From NCBI RefSeq assembly GCF_000027325.1, contig NC_000908.2:90001-122000 (forward strand): a stretch of 32,000 bases of DNA, read 5' to 3'. Shown piece by piece: positions 20,925-31,570 of this stretch. Each line of letters begins with the position of its first letter. The stretch's first letter is position 1. Below the pieces are notes generated by a model that was not told where the DNA came from, did not search any database, and worked only from the letters and a program-made list of their open reading frames with translations. This DNA is from Mycoplasmoides genitalium G37. GTDB taxonomy: Bacteria; Bacillota_I; Bacilli_A; Mycoplasmatales; Mycoplasmoidaceae. Position numbers and translations under genes: made by a program.

Positions 20925-21789
20925 TGAAAAACAATATATAGCAGGGGTTTCAGGTGGATCTGATTCAATGCTAATGCTTAAACTTTACCAAAAGAAGATT
21001 GCTTGTGTTGTTCATGTCAATTACAACACCAGATCAACCTCATTACGTGATCAAAAGTTAGTAGAACAATATTGTCAAAAATTAAATATTCCACTGGTTG
21101 TTCACACTGTTGATCCTGATCTAGTTTGAAAGAAGAACTTTCAAAATCAGGCACGGAAAATCCGCTTTGATCAGTTTAAAAAGACTGCAAAGCTATACCA
21201 GACCAACAAGTTATTATTAGCTCATCACCGTGATGATTTCATTGAGCAGGCCAAAATGCAACTAGATGCAAAAAAACGTGCTGTTTACTATGGGATTAAA
21301 ACCAGGTGTGAATTGTATGGTTTGAAAATCTACCGTCCCCTAATGAAATACTGAAAAGATGAAATCATTGCCCTCTGTAGACAAGACCATATCCCTTATG
21401 AGATTGATGAAACTAACAAGTTACCTATTTATAAGCGCAATGAAGTGAGGTTAGAGATAGAAAAATGGTCTAAAATCGAAAAAGAACAGTTTTATATTGC
21501 TATCTGTGCAATGAACAAAACAATTGCTCAAAAACTGTTTGTATTAATGAAAAAAGCTAAAAAATGGTTATTACAACCTGATGTTAGGGAATTGAAACGG
21601 TTTTCAATTATTGATCAAAAACAGTTAATTTATAGCTATCTTATTTATCACAAGATTAATGTTAATGGTGAGAAAATTGATGCTATCCTTGATTTTATCC
21701 AACCTAGTCAACAAAAACAATACCGCTTGCAAAACGATATCTTTTTGATGGTGAAAAACCAGTGTTTAGCACTTTTATACAAAAGCTAA
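20917..21789 (+). CDS. tilS: tRNA(Ile)-lysidine synthase, short form (290 aa)
   Basis: PP-loop motif GVSGGSDS near the N terminus. Track ORFs 20917-21129 and 21445-21789 share one frame, joined across TGA 21127-21129 and 21352-21354. Overlaps pth by 8 nt. Confidence 0.88.
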
Positions 21790-22725
21790 ATGAAACATTT
21801 AACTGTCAAAGCATTAGTTTTGCAATTTAATGATTGTATCCAACTCATTGATGGTAAAAACAACATAGATAATGTGATTACTATCCCTGGGTTAAAAAGG
21901 AGTGTTTTTGAACTATTAGGACTATTTTGTAAGCCAATTGGTTCAGTTGCTATTTTAGGTAAACGTGAATTTATTTTTTTAAATCAAAAGCCAGTTGAGC
22001 AACAGAAAAAGATTATTGCAAACCTCTTGAAACTCAAACCACCTGCAGTTATTCTAACCAAGTCATTTCTTGATTGTGGTGTTTTGTTAGCTGTTAATCA
22101 AACTTATCAAGTTCCTATTTTAAAAACTAACTTGTTTTCAACTGAACTCTCTTTTACTGTTGAAACCTATATTAACGAGCAATTTGCTACTGTTCAAAAG
22201 TTACATGGGGTTTTACTTGAAATCTTTGGTGTTGGGGTATTTTTAGAAGGAAAGAGTGGGATTGGTAAATCTGAAAGTGCTTTAGATTTAATTAATAAAA
22301 ACCACCTTCTAATAGGTGATGATGCTATTGAGATCTACAGATTAGGCAATAGGTTATTTGGTAGAGCACAAGCACTGGCAAAAGGCTTTATGGAGATTAG
22401 AGGTCTTGGCATCATTAATATTGAACGTGCTTATGGGTTACAGATTACAAAAGAACAAACTGAAATCCAACTAGCAATTAGTTTGTTGAGTTTAGAGGAG
22501 AAAAACAACGCTAGTTTTGAGCGCTTAGGCAGTGATTTAAAACTAAAAAATCTGCTTGGGGTTAAGATTAGTTACTATCAGATCCCTATCTCTTCAGGTA
22601 GAAAAACAAGCGAAATTATTGAAAGTGCAGTAATCGATTTTAAACTTAAGAAAAGTGGTTACAATTCAGCAAACGAGTTTATCTTAAAGCAACGTGCCAT
22701 GTTAGAAGAACAAACTGATGAATAG
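21790..22725 (+). CDS. hprK: HPr kinase/phosphorylase (311 aa)
   Basis: Uninterrupted ORF. P-loop GKSGIGKSE followed by LIGDDAIEI and EIRGLGIINI, the HprK signature region. ATG directly follows the tilS stop. Confidence 0.93.
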   Translation: MKHLTVKALVLQFNDCIQLIDGKNNIDNVITIPGLKRSVFELLGLFCKPIGSVAILGKREFIFLNQKPVEQQKKIIANLLKLKPPAVILTKSFLDCGVLLAVNQTYQVPILKTNLFSTELSFTVETYINEQFATVQKLHGVLLEIFGVGVFLEGKSGIGKSESALDLINKNHLLIGDDAIEIYRLGNRLFGRAQALAKGFMEIRGLGIINIERAYGLQITKEQTEIQLAISLLSLEEKNNASFERLGSDLKLKNLLGVKISYYQIPISSGRKTSEIIESAVIDFKLKKSGYNSANEFILKQRAMLEEQTDE

Positions 22726-23866
22726 ACCAAGTTGATCAACTGCATTTAATATTGGTGGTGGATTTCCCATCCAGTGGTATGGGATCATTGTCTCAATTGG
22801 CATTATTTTTGCCATTTTAATGTTTGTCTTTAAACTGATTTATTGTTACAAATTACAAGACAACAGTTTTTATTTTTTTATCTTTATTGCTGTTTTAACG
22901 ATGGTTTTAGGCGCTCGCCTCTGGTCATTTGTAATTGGTGATTCCAATTTTGCTAACAACAATTTCTTTGATTTTCGTAACGGTGGATTGGCCATTCAGG
23001 GTGGGATTTTGTTAACCAGTATTGTCGGAGTAATCTATTTCAACTTCTTTTTAAATAGTAAGACCAATAAAACCAAAACGATTGCTGAATTACTGAATAA
23101 TAAGAATGAAATAAAAGCTGTTTATGTTGAAAGAAATATCTCTGTTCTAGTGATGTTAGATCTGATTGCTCCTTGTGTTTTAATTGGTCAAGCAATTGGC
23201 AGATGGGGTAATTTTTTCAACCAAGAAGTTTATGGGTTTGCTTTAGCTGGAACAATGAATGATCCCCAAGCATTGGCTAATACCCAGTGGGGATTTTTAA
23301 AGATCTTAATGCCTAAGGTTTGGGATGGGATGTGGATTGATGGTCAGTTTCGCATTCCGCTCTTTTTAATTGAGTCATTTTTTAACACTATTTTCTTTGT
23401 GTTAATTTACTTTGTAATGGATTTTATTAGGGGAGTTAAAAGTGGCACAATTGGTTTTAGTTATTTTCTTGCTACTGGAATCATTCGTTTAATCTTGGAA
23501 AACTTTAGAGACCAAACCTTTTATTTTCAAACTTCAATAACCACTAGTATTTTGTTTATTGTCGTTGGTATTTTAGGAATTTTTTATTGCCAGTTTATCC
23601 ATGTCAAATTAAGAAATTACTTCTGAACTTATTTCTTTCTTTATGCCTTTTATAAAGTAGCTGCTTTTTTCACTACACTTTTTTTGAATAACAGAAAGCA
23701 AATGGCACAACAGAAGTTTGCTTTTTATGAAAAATCACTTCCCAATAAGAAGCGTTCTTTTTTTGAAATGAAGTATTACAATGATGTAACAACACCCAAA
23801 ATTTATCGTTTAACTGATCAGGAAATGAAGTTATTTGATAAATTAGAGGCAGTTACAACCAGCTAG
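22718..23866 (+). CDS. lgt: Prolipoprotein diacylglyceryl transferase (382 aa) with a C-terminal extension
   Basis: ATG 22718 overlaps hprK by 8 nt. Same frame as track ORFs 22820-23626 and 23684-23866 via TGA 22733-22735 and 23624-23626. Lgt-like FPIQWYGIIVSIG, GARLWSF and GRWGNFFNQEVYG. Confidence 0.9.
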
Positions 23867-23873
23867 ATTTTGT

Positions 23874-23879
23874 TAGAAT
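23874..23879 (+). promoter_or_regulatory. Candidate -10 box (TAGAAT) for rpsL-rpsG-fusA
   Basis: Lies in the 28-nt lgt-rpsL gap, 15 nt upstream of ATG 23895. It would give a 5' UTR of about 9 nt. Confidence 0.35.
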
Positions 23880-23894
23880 ACTTCAGTTGTCTAT

Positions 23895-24314
23895 ATGGCT
23901 ACAATAGCGCAATTAATTAGAAAACCACGCCAAAAAAAGAAGGTTAAATCAAAGTCACCTGCACTCCATTATAACCTCAACCTTTTAAACAAAAAAACTA
24001 CCAATGTTTACTCACCACTAAAGCGTGGTGTTTGCACCAGGGTTGGCACCATGACCCCCAGAAAACCTAATTCTGCACTAAGAAAGTATGCTAAGGTTAG
24101 ACTTACAAATGGCTTTGAAGTACTTGCTTATATCCCAGGAGAAGGTCATAACCTACAAGAACACAGTGTTACTTTATTAAGGGGGGGTAGAGTAAAAGAT
24201 CTCCCTGGAGTTAGATACCATATTGTTCGTGGTACTTTAGATACAGTTGGTGTTGACAAAAGAAGACAACAACGTTCTGCATATGGCGCTAAAAAACCAA
24301 AACCAAAATCTTAA
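23895..24314 (+). CDS. rpsL: 30S ribosomal protein S12 (139 aa)
   Basis: [12 protein letters not shown]..., [14 protein letters not shown] and [20 protein letters not shown] are highly conserved S12 sequences. Confidence 0.97.
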   Translation: MATIAQLIRKPRQKKKVKSKSPALHYNLNLLNKKTTNVYSPLKRGVCTRVGTMTPRKPNSALRKYAKVRLTNGFEVLAYIPGEGHNLQEHSVTLLRGGRVKDLPGVRYHIVRGTLDTVGVDKRRQQRSAYGAKKPKPKS

Positions 24315-24330
24315 CTTGATCAGTTAAATA

Positions 24331-24798
24331 ATGAGAAAAAATCGTGCTTTAAAAAGAACTGTTTTACCCGATCCTGTTTTTAACAACACACTGGTTACAA
24401 GGATTATTAATGTCATCATGAAAGATGGCAAGAAGGGTTTAGCACAACGCATCTTGTATGGTGCTTTTGAGATCATTGAAAAACGCACCAACCAACAACC
24501 TTTAACTGTCTTTGAAAAAGCAGTTGATAATGTTATGCCCCGCTTAGAGTTAAAAGTGAGAAGAATTGCTGGTTCTAACTACCAAGTACCAACTGAAGTT
24601 CCCCCTGACAGAAGGATTGCTTTAGCACTAAGATGGATTGTGATCTTTGCTAACAAAAGAAATGAAAAAACAATGCTTGAACGTGTTGCTAATGAAATTA
24701 TTGATGCTTTTAATAACACGGGTGCTAGTGTTAAAAAGAAGGATGATACTCACAAGATGGCAGAAGCTAACAAAGCCTTTGCCCACATGCGTTGGTAG
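24331..24798 (+). CDS. rpsG: 30S ribosomal protein S7 (155 aa)
   Basis: LPDPVFNN..., [16 protein letters not shown] and C-terminal NKAFAHMRW are typical of S7. Confidence 0.97.
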   Translation: MRKNRALKRTVLPDPVFNNTLVTRIINVIMKDGKKGLAQRILYGAFEIIEKRTNQQPLTVFEKAVDNVMPRLELKVRRIAGSNYQVPTEVPPDRRIALALRWIVIFANKRNEKTMLERVANEIIDAFNNTGASVKKKDDTHKMAEANKAFAHMRW

Positions 24799-24807
24799 TT
24801 ATTTATT

Positions 24808-26874
24808 ATGTCAAGAACAGTTGATTTAAAAAACTTCCGTAACTTTGGCATTATGGCCCATATTGATGCTGGGAAAACCACCACATCAGAACGTATTTTG
24901 TTCCATTCAGGTAGAATTCACAAGATTGGTGAAACCCATGATGGTGAATCAGTGATGGACTGGATGGAACAAGAAAAAGAAAGGGGTATTACTATCACCT
25001 CTGCAGCCACTTCAGTGAGCTGAAAAAACTGCAGCTTAAACTTGATTGACACTCCTGGCCATGTTGACTTTACAGTTGAAGTGGAGCGTAGCTTAAGGGT
25101 TTTGGATGGAGCAATTGCGGTATTGGATGCTCAAATGGGAGTAGAACCACAAACTGAAACAGTATGAAGACAAGCTTCACGCTATGAAGTACCACGGGTA
25201 ATCTTTGTTAATAAGATGGATAAAACCGGTGCTAACTTTGAGCGCTCTGTTTTATCAATTCAACAACGCTTGGGAGTGAAAGCTGTTCCTATTCAATTTC
25301 CCATAGGTGCTGAAAATGATTTCAATGGCATCATTGATATCATCACTAAAAAAGCTTATTTTTTTGATGGTAATAAAGAGGAAAATGCTATTGAAAAACC
25401 AATTCCTGAACAGTATGTTGATCAAGTTGAAAAACTTTACAACAACTTAGTTGAAGAAGTTGCTAGTTTAGATGATCAACTCATGGCTGATTATCTAGAT
25501 GGTAAACCAATTGAAATTGATGCAATTAAAAATGCAATTAGAAACGGGGTAATTCACTGTAAGTTTTTCCCGGTATTGTGTGGTTCAGCATTTAAAAACA
25601 AGGGAATTAAACTCTTACTTGATGCAGTGGTTGATTTTCTCCCTTCACCTGTTGATGTCCCACCTGCTAAAGCAATTGATGCAAACAACAAAGAGATATC
25701 TATTAAAGCTAGTGATGATGCTAACTTTATTGGCTTAGCATTTAAAGTTGCTACTGATCCTTTTGTTGGTAGATTAACTTTTATTAGGGTTTATGCAGGA
25801 GTTTTAAAATCTGGTTCTTATGTTAAGAATGTTAGAAAAAACAAAAAGGAAAGGGTATCACGTTTAGTGAAAATGCACGCACAAAATCGCAATGAAATTG
25901 ATGAAATTAGAGCAGGGGATATCTGTGCAGTAATTGGCTTGAAAGATACTACTACTGGAGAAACTTTAACTGATGATAAGCTTGATGTGCAACTAGAAGC
26001 AATGCAATTTGCTGAACCAGTGATCTCTTTAGCAGTAGAACCTAAAACTAAAGCAGATCAGGAAAAGATGTCAATTGCTTTATCAAAACTAGCAGAAGAA
26101 GATCCTACTTTTAAAACCTTTAGTGATCCTGAAACAGGGCAAACTATTATTGCTGGAATGGGTGAGTTACACCTTGATATCTTAGTTGATAGGATGAAAC
26201 GTGAATTTAAGGTAGAAGTTAACATTGGTGCACCTCAAGTTAGCTTTCGTGAAACCTTTAAATCAACTAGTGAAGTTGAGGGTAAATACATCAAACAATC
26301 AGGTGGTAGAGGTCAATATGGACATGTTAAAATCCGTTTTGAACCTAATAAAGATAAGGGCTTTGAATTTGTTGATAAGATTGTGGGCGGAAGGATTCCA
26401 AGGGAATATATTAAACCAGTTCAAACTGGTCTTGAAAATGCAATGAATTCAGGTCCTTTAGCAGGTTACCCAATGATTGATATTAAAGCTACCTTATTTG
26501 ATGGTTCTTTCCATGAAGTTGACTCAAGTGAAATGGCTTTTAAAATTGCTGCATCCTTAGCTTTAAAAGAAGCAGGTAAACAATGTAACCCAGTTTTACT
26601 TGAACCTATTATGGCAATAGAAGTTACTGTACCTGAACAGTACTTTGGGGATACAATGGGTGATATCAGTTCAAGAAGAGGGATCATTGAAGGTACTGAA
26701 CAACGTGATAATGTTCAACTAATAAAAGCAAAAGTACCTTTAAAAGAGATGTTTGGTTATGCCACTGATTTACGCTCTTTTTCCCAAGGTAGGGGTAATT
26801 ATGTAATGCAATTTAGCCATTATGCTGAAACTCCTAAAAGCGTTGTTAATGAGATAATTGCTAATAAAAAATAG
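24808..26874 (+). CDS. fusA: Translation elongation factor G (688 aa)
   Basis: Track ORFs 24808-25023 and 25216-26874 share one frame, joined across TGA 25021-25023 and 25165-25167. G motifs [17 protein letters not shown] and NKMD. TGA 25021 sits at the Trp conserved before the DTPGH region. Confidence 0.97.
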
Positions 26875-26925
26875 ATACTTAATAAAAATATAACTTTACT
26901 CAATGAGTTTTTCCAAAAAGTTTTT

Positions 26926-27552
26926 ATGCACTACAATATCATTCTTTTAGTTGATGGTACGCTTAGTTTAGAACAAGCTAACCAAGTTGAACAAAAACAC
27001 CAAAAATTGCTTGAAAAGGCAACTGAATTTAAAAGTGAATACTTAGGTTTAAAAGAGTTGGCTTACCCCATTAAAAAGCAACTTTCTGCTCACTATTACA
27101 GATGGAGTTTTCATGGTGAAAGCAATTGTACTAAGGAGTTTAAAAGAGCTGCTAACATCAATAAGCAGATAATAAGAGAGTTAATTATTAACAGAGAAAA
27201 AGACTATGGTTATTTAGGTTCAGTTAACCCTAAAAAACAACAACTGTCTTTGCAGAAGCTAACCAAGTATAATGAGATTATTGCTAGTGAAAATAATCCT
27301 GATAACCCAGATGCGCCTGTCACTTCTGGTCTAGCTTCTGTTAAACCACGGCTATCAAGAGTTGAAAAACAAAAGGAACGTGAACTTGAAAAGTGAACGG
27401 TTGTTCACCAATCAGGTAACTTTGATACTGTACAGATCAATCCTTATCGTCCTAGGATAAAACGCTTTTTACAAAACAACCAACAAACCTCCCAAGCTAA
27501 TAATAACCAACCTCGTTTTCAAAATCAATTTAAAAAAGGAGCAAAACCTTAG
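26926..27552 (+). CDS. rpsF: 30S ribosomal protein S6 (208 aa) with a long C-terminal tail
   Basis: The N-terminal region of about 100 aa is S6-like (YNIILLVD..., LGLKELAYPIKK). The frame continues past TGA 27394-27396 to TAG 27550-27552. Confidence 0.88.
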
Positions 27553-28035
27553 ATGAACCGGGTCTTCTTGTTTGGTAAACTCAGTTTTACTCCCAACCGT
27601 TTACAGACAAAAAATGGTACGTTAGGAGCTACTTTTTCCATGGAATGTCTTGATTCCAGTGGTTTTAATAATGCCAAATCATTCATTAGAGTAACTGCTT
27701 GAGGTAAAGTTGCTAGTTTTATTGTTGCTCAAAATCCTGGGGTGATGCTTTTTGTAGAAGGAAGATTAACTACATATAAAATTACTAACAGTGAAAATAA
27801 AAACACCTATGCTTTACAAGTAACTGCTGATAAGATCTTTCATCCTGATGAAAAAACTACCAATGAAGAACCTATTAAATCAACTGTAGTTGATTCACCC
27901 TTTATGAATCCCAAAGCAAGTGTTACAGAAGCTGAGTTTGAACAAGCATTCCCCCATCAAGATGAAACTGATTTTAACAACATTACCCCTATATTTGAAA
28001 ATGATGTCCAACTAGAGGAGGAAAGTGATGATTAA
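27553..28035 (+). CDS. ssb: Single-stranded DNA-binding protein (160 aa)
   Basis: ATG 27553 immediately follows the rpsF stop, with AAGGAG at 27536-27541. OB-fold sequence MNRVFLFGKL..., VTAWGKVA (TGA 27700-27702 = Trp) and FVEGRLTTY. Track ORF 27742-28035 is its 3' part. Confidence 0.9.
28015..28021 (+). promoter_or_regulatory. Shine-Dalgarno-like GAGGAGG upstream of rpsR, inside the ssb 3' end
   Basis: Perfect anti-SD complement 3 nt before GTG 28025 and 6 nt before ATG 28028. Most other starts in this window have no such element. Confidence 0.5.
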
Positions 28036-28342
28036 TAAAGAACAGGATTTAAACCAATTAGAAACCAACCAAGAACAGAGTGTTGAACAAAACCAAACTG
28101 ATGAAAAGCGCAAGCCAAAACCAAACTTTAAAAGAGCAAAAAAATATTGTCGATTTTGCGCCATAGGTCAACTAAGGATTGATTTTATTGATGATTTGGA
28201 AGCAATCAAACGCTTTCTCAGTCCCTATGCAAAGATTAATCCTAGAAGAATTACAGGTAATTGCAACATGCACCAACGTCATGTAGCTAATGCTCTAAAA
28301 CGAGCACGTTACCTAGCTTTAGTGCCATTTATTAAAGATTAA
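28025..28342 (+). CDS. rpsR: 30S ribosomal protein S18 (105 aa from GTG 28025, or 104 aa from ATG 28028)
   Basis: Conserved S18 core CRFC...IDFIDD...LKRFLSPYAKINPRRITGNCNMHQRHVANALKRARYLALVPF. Overlaps ssb by 11 nt. Confidence 0.93.
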   Translation: MMINKEQDLNQLETNQEQSVEQNQTDEKRKPKPNFKRAKKYCRFCAIGQLRIDFIDDLEAIKRFLSPYAKINPRRITGNCNMHQRHVANALKRARYLALVPFIKD

Positions 28343-28344
28343 AT

Positions 28345-28797
28345 ATGAAGATAATTTTGAAGCAAGATGTTGCTAAATTAGGCAAGCGGTTTGATGTTGT
28401 TGAAGTTAAAGATGGGTTTGCTATCCATTTTTTATTTCCCAAAAAACTAGCTGCACCTTTAACAAAGAAAGCAATTGCTAACCGTGATTTGTTTTTAAAA
28501 CAACAACAAGAACAATACCAAAAAAATCGTGCCTTAGCTGAAAAATTGAAACTAGTAATTGAACAAACACCATTAACTTTTCAACTCAAACAACACGATG
28601 GCAAGCCATATGGTTCAATCATCACCAAACAAATAATTAATTTAGCAAAACAACAAAGACTTGATTTACAGCGCTTTATGTTTAAAGATAATGTGCGCTT
28701 ACAGTTTGGTGAACACAAACTAATTTTGCACCTTTTTGAGGAGATAACTGCAACTTTAACTGTTATAGTGAACCCTGAAAATGGGACAACAAACTAG
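28345..28797 (+). CDS. rplI: 50S ribosomal protein L9 (150 aa)
   Basis: MKIILKQDVAKLGKRFDVVEVKDGFA is the typical L9 N-terminal domain. The gene sits in the rpsR-rplI-dnaB context. Confidence 0.92.
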   Translation: MKIILKQDVAKLGKRFDVVEVKDGFAIHFLFPKKLAAPLTKKAIANRDLFLKQQQEQYQKNRALAEKLKLVIEQTPLTFQLKQHDGKPYGSIITKQIINLAKQQRLDLQRFMFKDNVRLQFGEHKLILHLFEEITATLTVIVNPENGTTN

Positions 28798-30187
28798 TTT
28801 TAAATATGCAAATGATAGCAACATTGAACGTGCTGAAAGACGTTTGATGCAAGCAGTTGCTCAAAACAGTGAGGGCATTGATCTAATTTTCAATAAACTT
28901 GAACCAATTGATTTTTTTGCAACCCCTTTCAAACTCATTTTTCAAACTGCAAAAGAAAACTACCAATTAAATAACCCTATTATTGGTTCTGGTTTACTAG
29001 AAGCGGTTAAGTTTAAACTTGATGCTAATGATCAATCCACTAAAAGTGAACTTGAAATTTTATTCACAAAGATCTTATTAATCCGTTTACCACCTAACCA
29101 AACAGAGATTAAAACACTGGTTGATGTTGTTAAAAAAGCTTCTATTTTTCGCAGGTTACAACAGTTTGCTAAGCGTGTTTACAACGAGGAATTTAAGTTA
29201 AAAGAAGATCGTTTTGAAGGCTATTTACAAGCTATTCAAGATGATTTTGTCAAGATTATCCACAGTGCTTTTAGTAACATCTTTGCTTTTAGCTATGATG
29301 AGATTGCCAATCAAGAGGAAGCATTAATTAAAAAGGTTCACCGTGGGGAATTGATCATCAGTGGACTTTCAAGTGGATTTTTAAAATTAGATCAACTTAC
29401 ATCAGGTTGAAAACCAGGAGAGTTAATAGTAATAGCAGCTCGCCCAGGTAGAGGTAAAACTGCCCTTTTGATTAATTTTATGGCTAGTGCAGCTAAACAA
29501 ATTGATCCTAAAACTGATGTGGTCCTCTTCTTTAGTTTAGAGATGCGTAACCGGGAAATTTACCAAAGGCACTTAATGCATGAAAGTCAAACTAGTTACA
29601 CACTAACCAACCGGCAAAGGATTAATAATGTCTTTGAAGAGTTAATGGAAGCATCTTCAAGGATCAAAAACTTACCTATTAAACTCTTTGATTACAGTAG
29701 TTTAACACTCCAAGAGATCAGAAACCAAATTACTGAAGTGAGTAAAACCAGTAATGTTAGGTTAGTAATTATTGACTATTTACAACTTGTTAATGCTTTA
29801 AAAAATAACTATGGTTTGACAAGACAACAAGAAGTGACAATGATCTCTCAATCACTTAAAGCATTCGCTAAGGAGTTTAATACCCCTATTATTGCTGCAG
29901 CTCAACTTTCTAGAAGGATTGAAGAAAGGAAAGATTCCAGACCAATTCTTTCTGATTTAAGAGAATCAGGTTCAATTGAACAGGATGCGGATATGGTTTT
30001 ATTTATCCATAGAACTAATGATGATAAAAAAGAACAGGAAGAGGAGAACACAAACTTGTTTGAAGTGGAGCTTATCTTAGAAAAGAACAGAAATGGTCCC
30101 AATGGCAAAGTTAAACTAAACTTTCGCAGTGACACTTCTTCTTTTATTAGTCAATATTCCCCTAGTTTTGATGACCAATACAGTTAA
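28781..30187 (+). CDS. dnaB: Replicative DNA helicase DnaB (468 aa)
   Basis: Track ORFs 28781-29410 and 29468-30187 share one frame, joined via TGA 29408-29410. Walker A ARPGRGKTA, Walker B VIIDYLQL, and SRRIEERKDSRPILSDLRESGSIEQDAD. Overlaps rplI by 17 nt. Confidence 0.93.
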
Positions 30188-30190
30188 TTT

Positions 30191-31387
30191 ATGAAACTGA
30201 AGTTTTACAAACTACCTTTAATTACTACAGCATTTAGTTTTGTATTTTTAACTGCTTGTTCAACACCCCAATCTTCCTTTTTTCTCCCTGCACAAACAAC
30301 TATTAGTACTTTAAAAATTAATGGTATGGAAAACAAAACAGGTTATTTTCTTGAAACGCAGCGTTCTCGTGGTAGTTACAATCCCACCGCTTCACTTACT
30401 ATGATTAAGTTAGGAGATGAAAAAGAGTTTAAAAACGTAGATACAACCAAGCAAGATGAAGTTTTGTTTGCCAACATTTATGGTGGAATCTCTTCATTGC
30501 TTAACTTCAGAATTATCCAACCGATGTTAACCTACTGAAACTTAGTTAACAACTCATTAAGTCAGATTGGTAGTACTAATGACTTAATTACATTCAAAGA
30601 TAGTGGATATAAAGATCAACTTGCAAAAGCGCTTGCTAACAATCTCATAGTTGCTGATGAAGGTAATAATAACTTTTGGTTTGGTTTAAAAGCCCTAAAG
30701 TTTGATACGGTTAAACTCCAAGCTAATAATACTGCTACTAGTTCAACAAGAGCTTCAACTACTCAAAATACTAATAATAAGATTGATGCACGTGAAAAAA
30801 TCACCATTAATGGGAATGGTGGAACAAATAATGATCAAAATGCTACTGTTCAAAAGTTGATAGGTATTGAAAATATTGAAGTTGAGTTTAGCTTTGTTAA
30901 AACTGGTTTTAATGGAAATGAGATTAAGTTTGAAGATTATGTAACAGATTCTTCCCCCACAACATCTTTATTAAAGCAAGTTTGAAAAAGTAAGTGAAAT
31001 ACCGAGTTGACCCACACCAGCTTTAAATTCAAACTCAATTCTTTCAATGTTTTGTTAACTTATCAATTGGAAGCAAACCAAAAAAGCCAATATCTTCCCA
31101 ATGGCTTTAGCTTTCTTTTTCCATCTAATTTAGAAGGAAAGATAGATAGTTCAAAAAGCTATTGAAACAATCTTGTTGATTTTTCAAAAAGAACCACAAA
31201 TGAAGAGAACACAATGCTACTAACTGATTTGCAAAAGAAACAAGATCAAGTGAATCGGTTTGTTGGTTTTATTGGTCAAAACCACTTTACTTTAAGTGCT
31301 AACAGCATTAATGAAAAGCAGTTTAACGATGCTAGTACTGCTGATTTTTTTAAAGCAATCTTTCAAAAAGTGAGTATCAATGAATAA
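30191..31387 (+). CDS. Putative lipoprotein, 398 aa (MG095-like; from recall, MG067/MG068/MG395-type family)
   Basis: Signal peptide plus lipobox MKLKFYKLPLITTAFSFVFLTAC|S. Track ORF 30191-30538 extends in frame through four TGA codons to TAA 31385-31387. N/T/S-rich mature part. Confidence 0.8.
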
Positions 31388-31570
31388 CAATTTTAGCCAT
31401 TCAGTTTTGAAAAGAAAAGTTTAAATTAATGGTAAAATTATTCATTAAACTTTCCTTGTTAGTTGTAGTTTTCAATACTGTTTGTATTTCGAAGTTCATT
31501 TTAAAAAATTCGTAGTTCTAGATCTTTAAAATATGTTTATTTAATTGTCTTTTTTAATTTCATAAATTGT

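Noticed and set aside
24181-24187. G7 homopolymer, unusual in an AT-rich genome, considered as a phase-variation tract.
   Set aside because: It encodes the universally conserved LLRGGRV segment of essential ribosomal protein S12. Frameshifting there would be lethal, so it is a codon-choice coincidence.
24647-24829. 60-aa plus-strand ORF spanning the rpsG/fusA junction in another frame. Similar off-frame ORFs occur at 8557-8745, 11340-11525 and 26225-26446.
   Set aside because: They overlap strongly conserved frames, are short, and have no start or SD context or motif support.
31416-31453. AT-rich inverted repeat AAAGTTTAA/TTAAACTTT with a 20-nt loop after the lipoprotein gene, considered as its terminator.
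   Set aside because: The stem is very weak, the loop is large, and no T-tract follows directly. It cannot be distinguished from chance in about 25% GC intergenic DNA.
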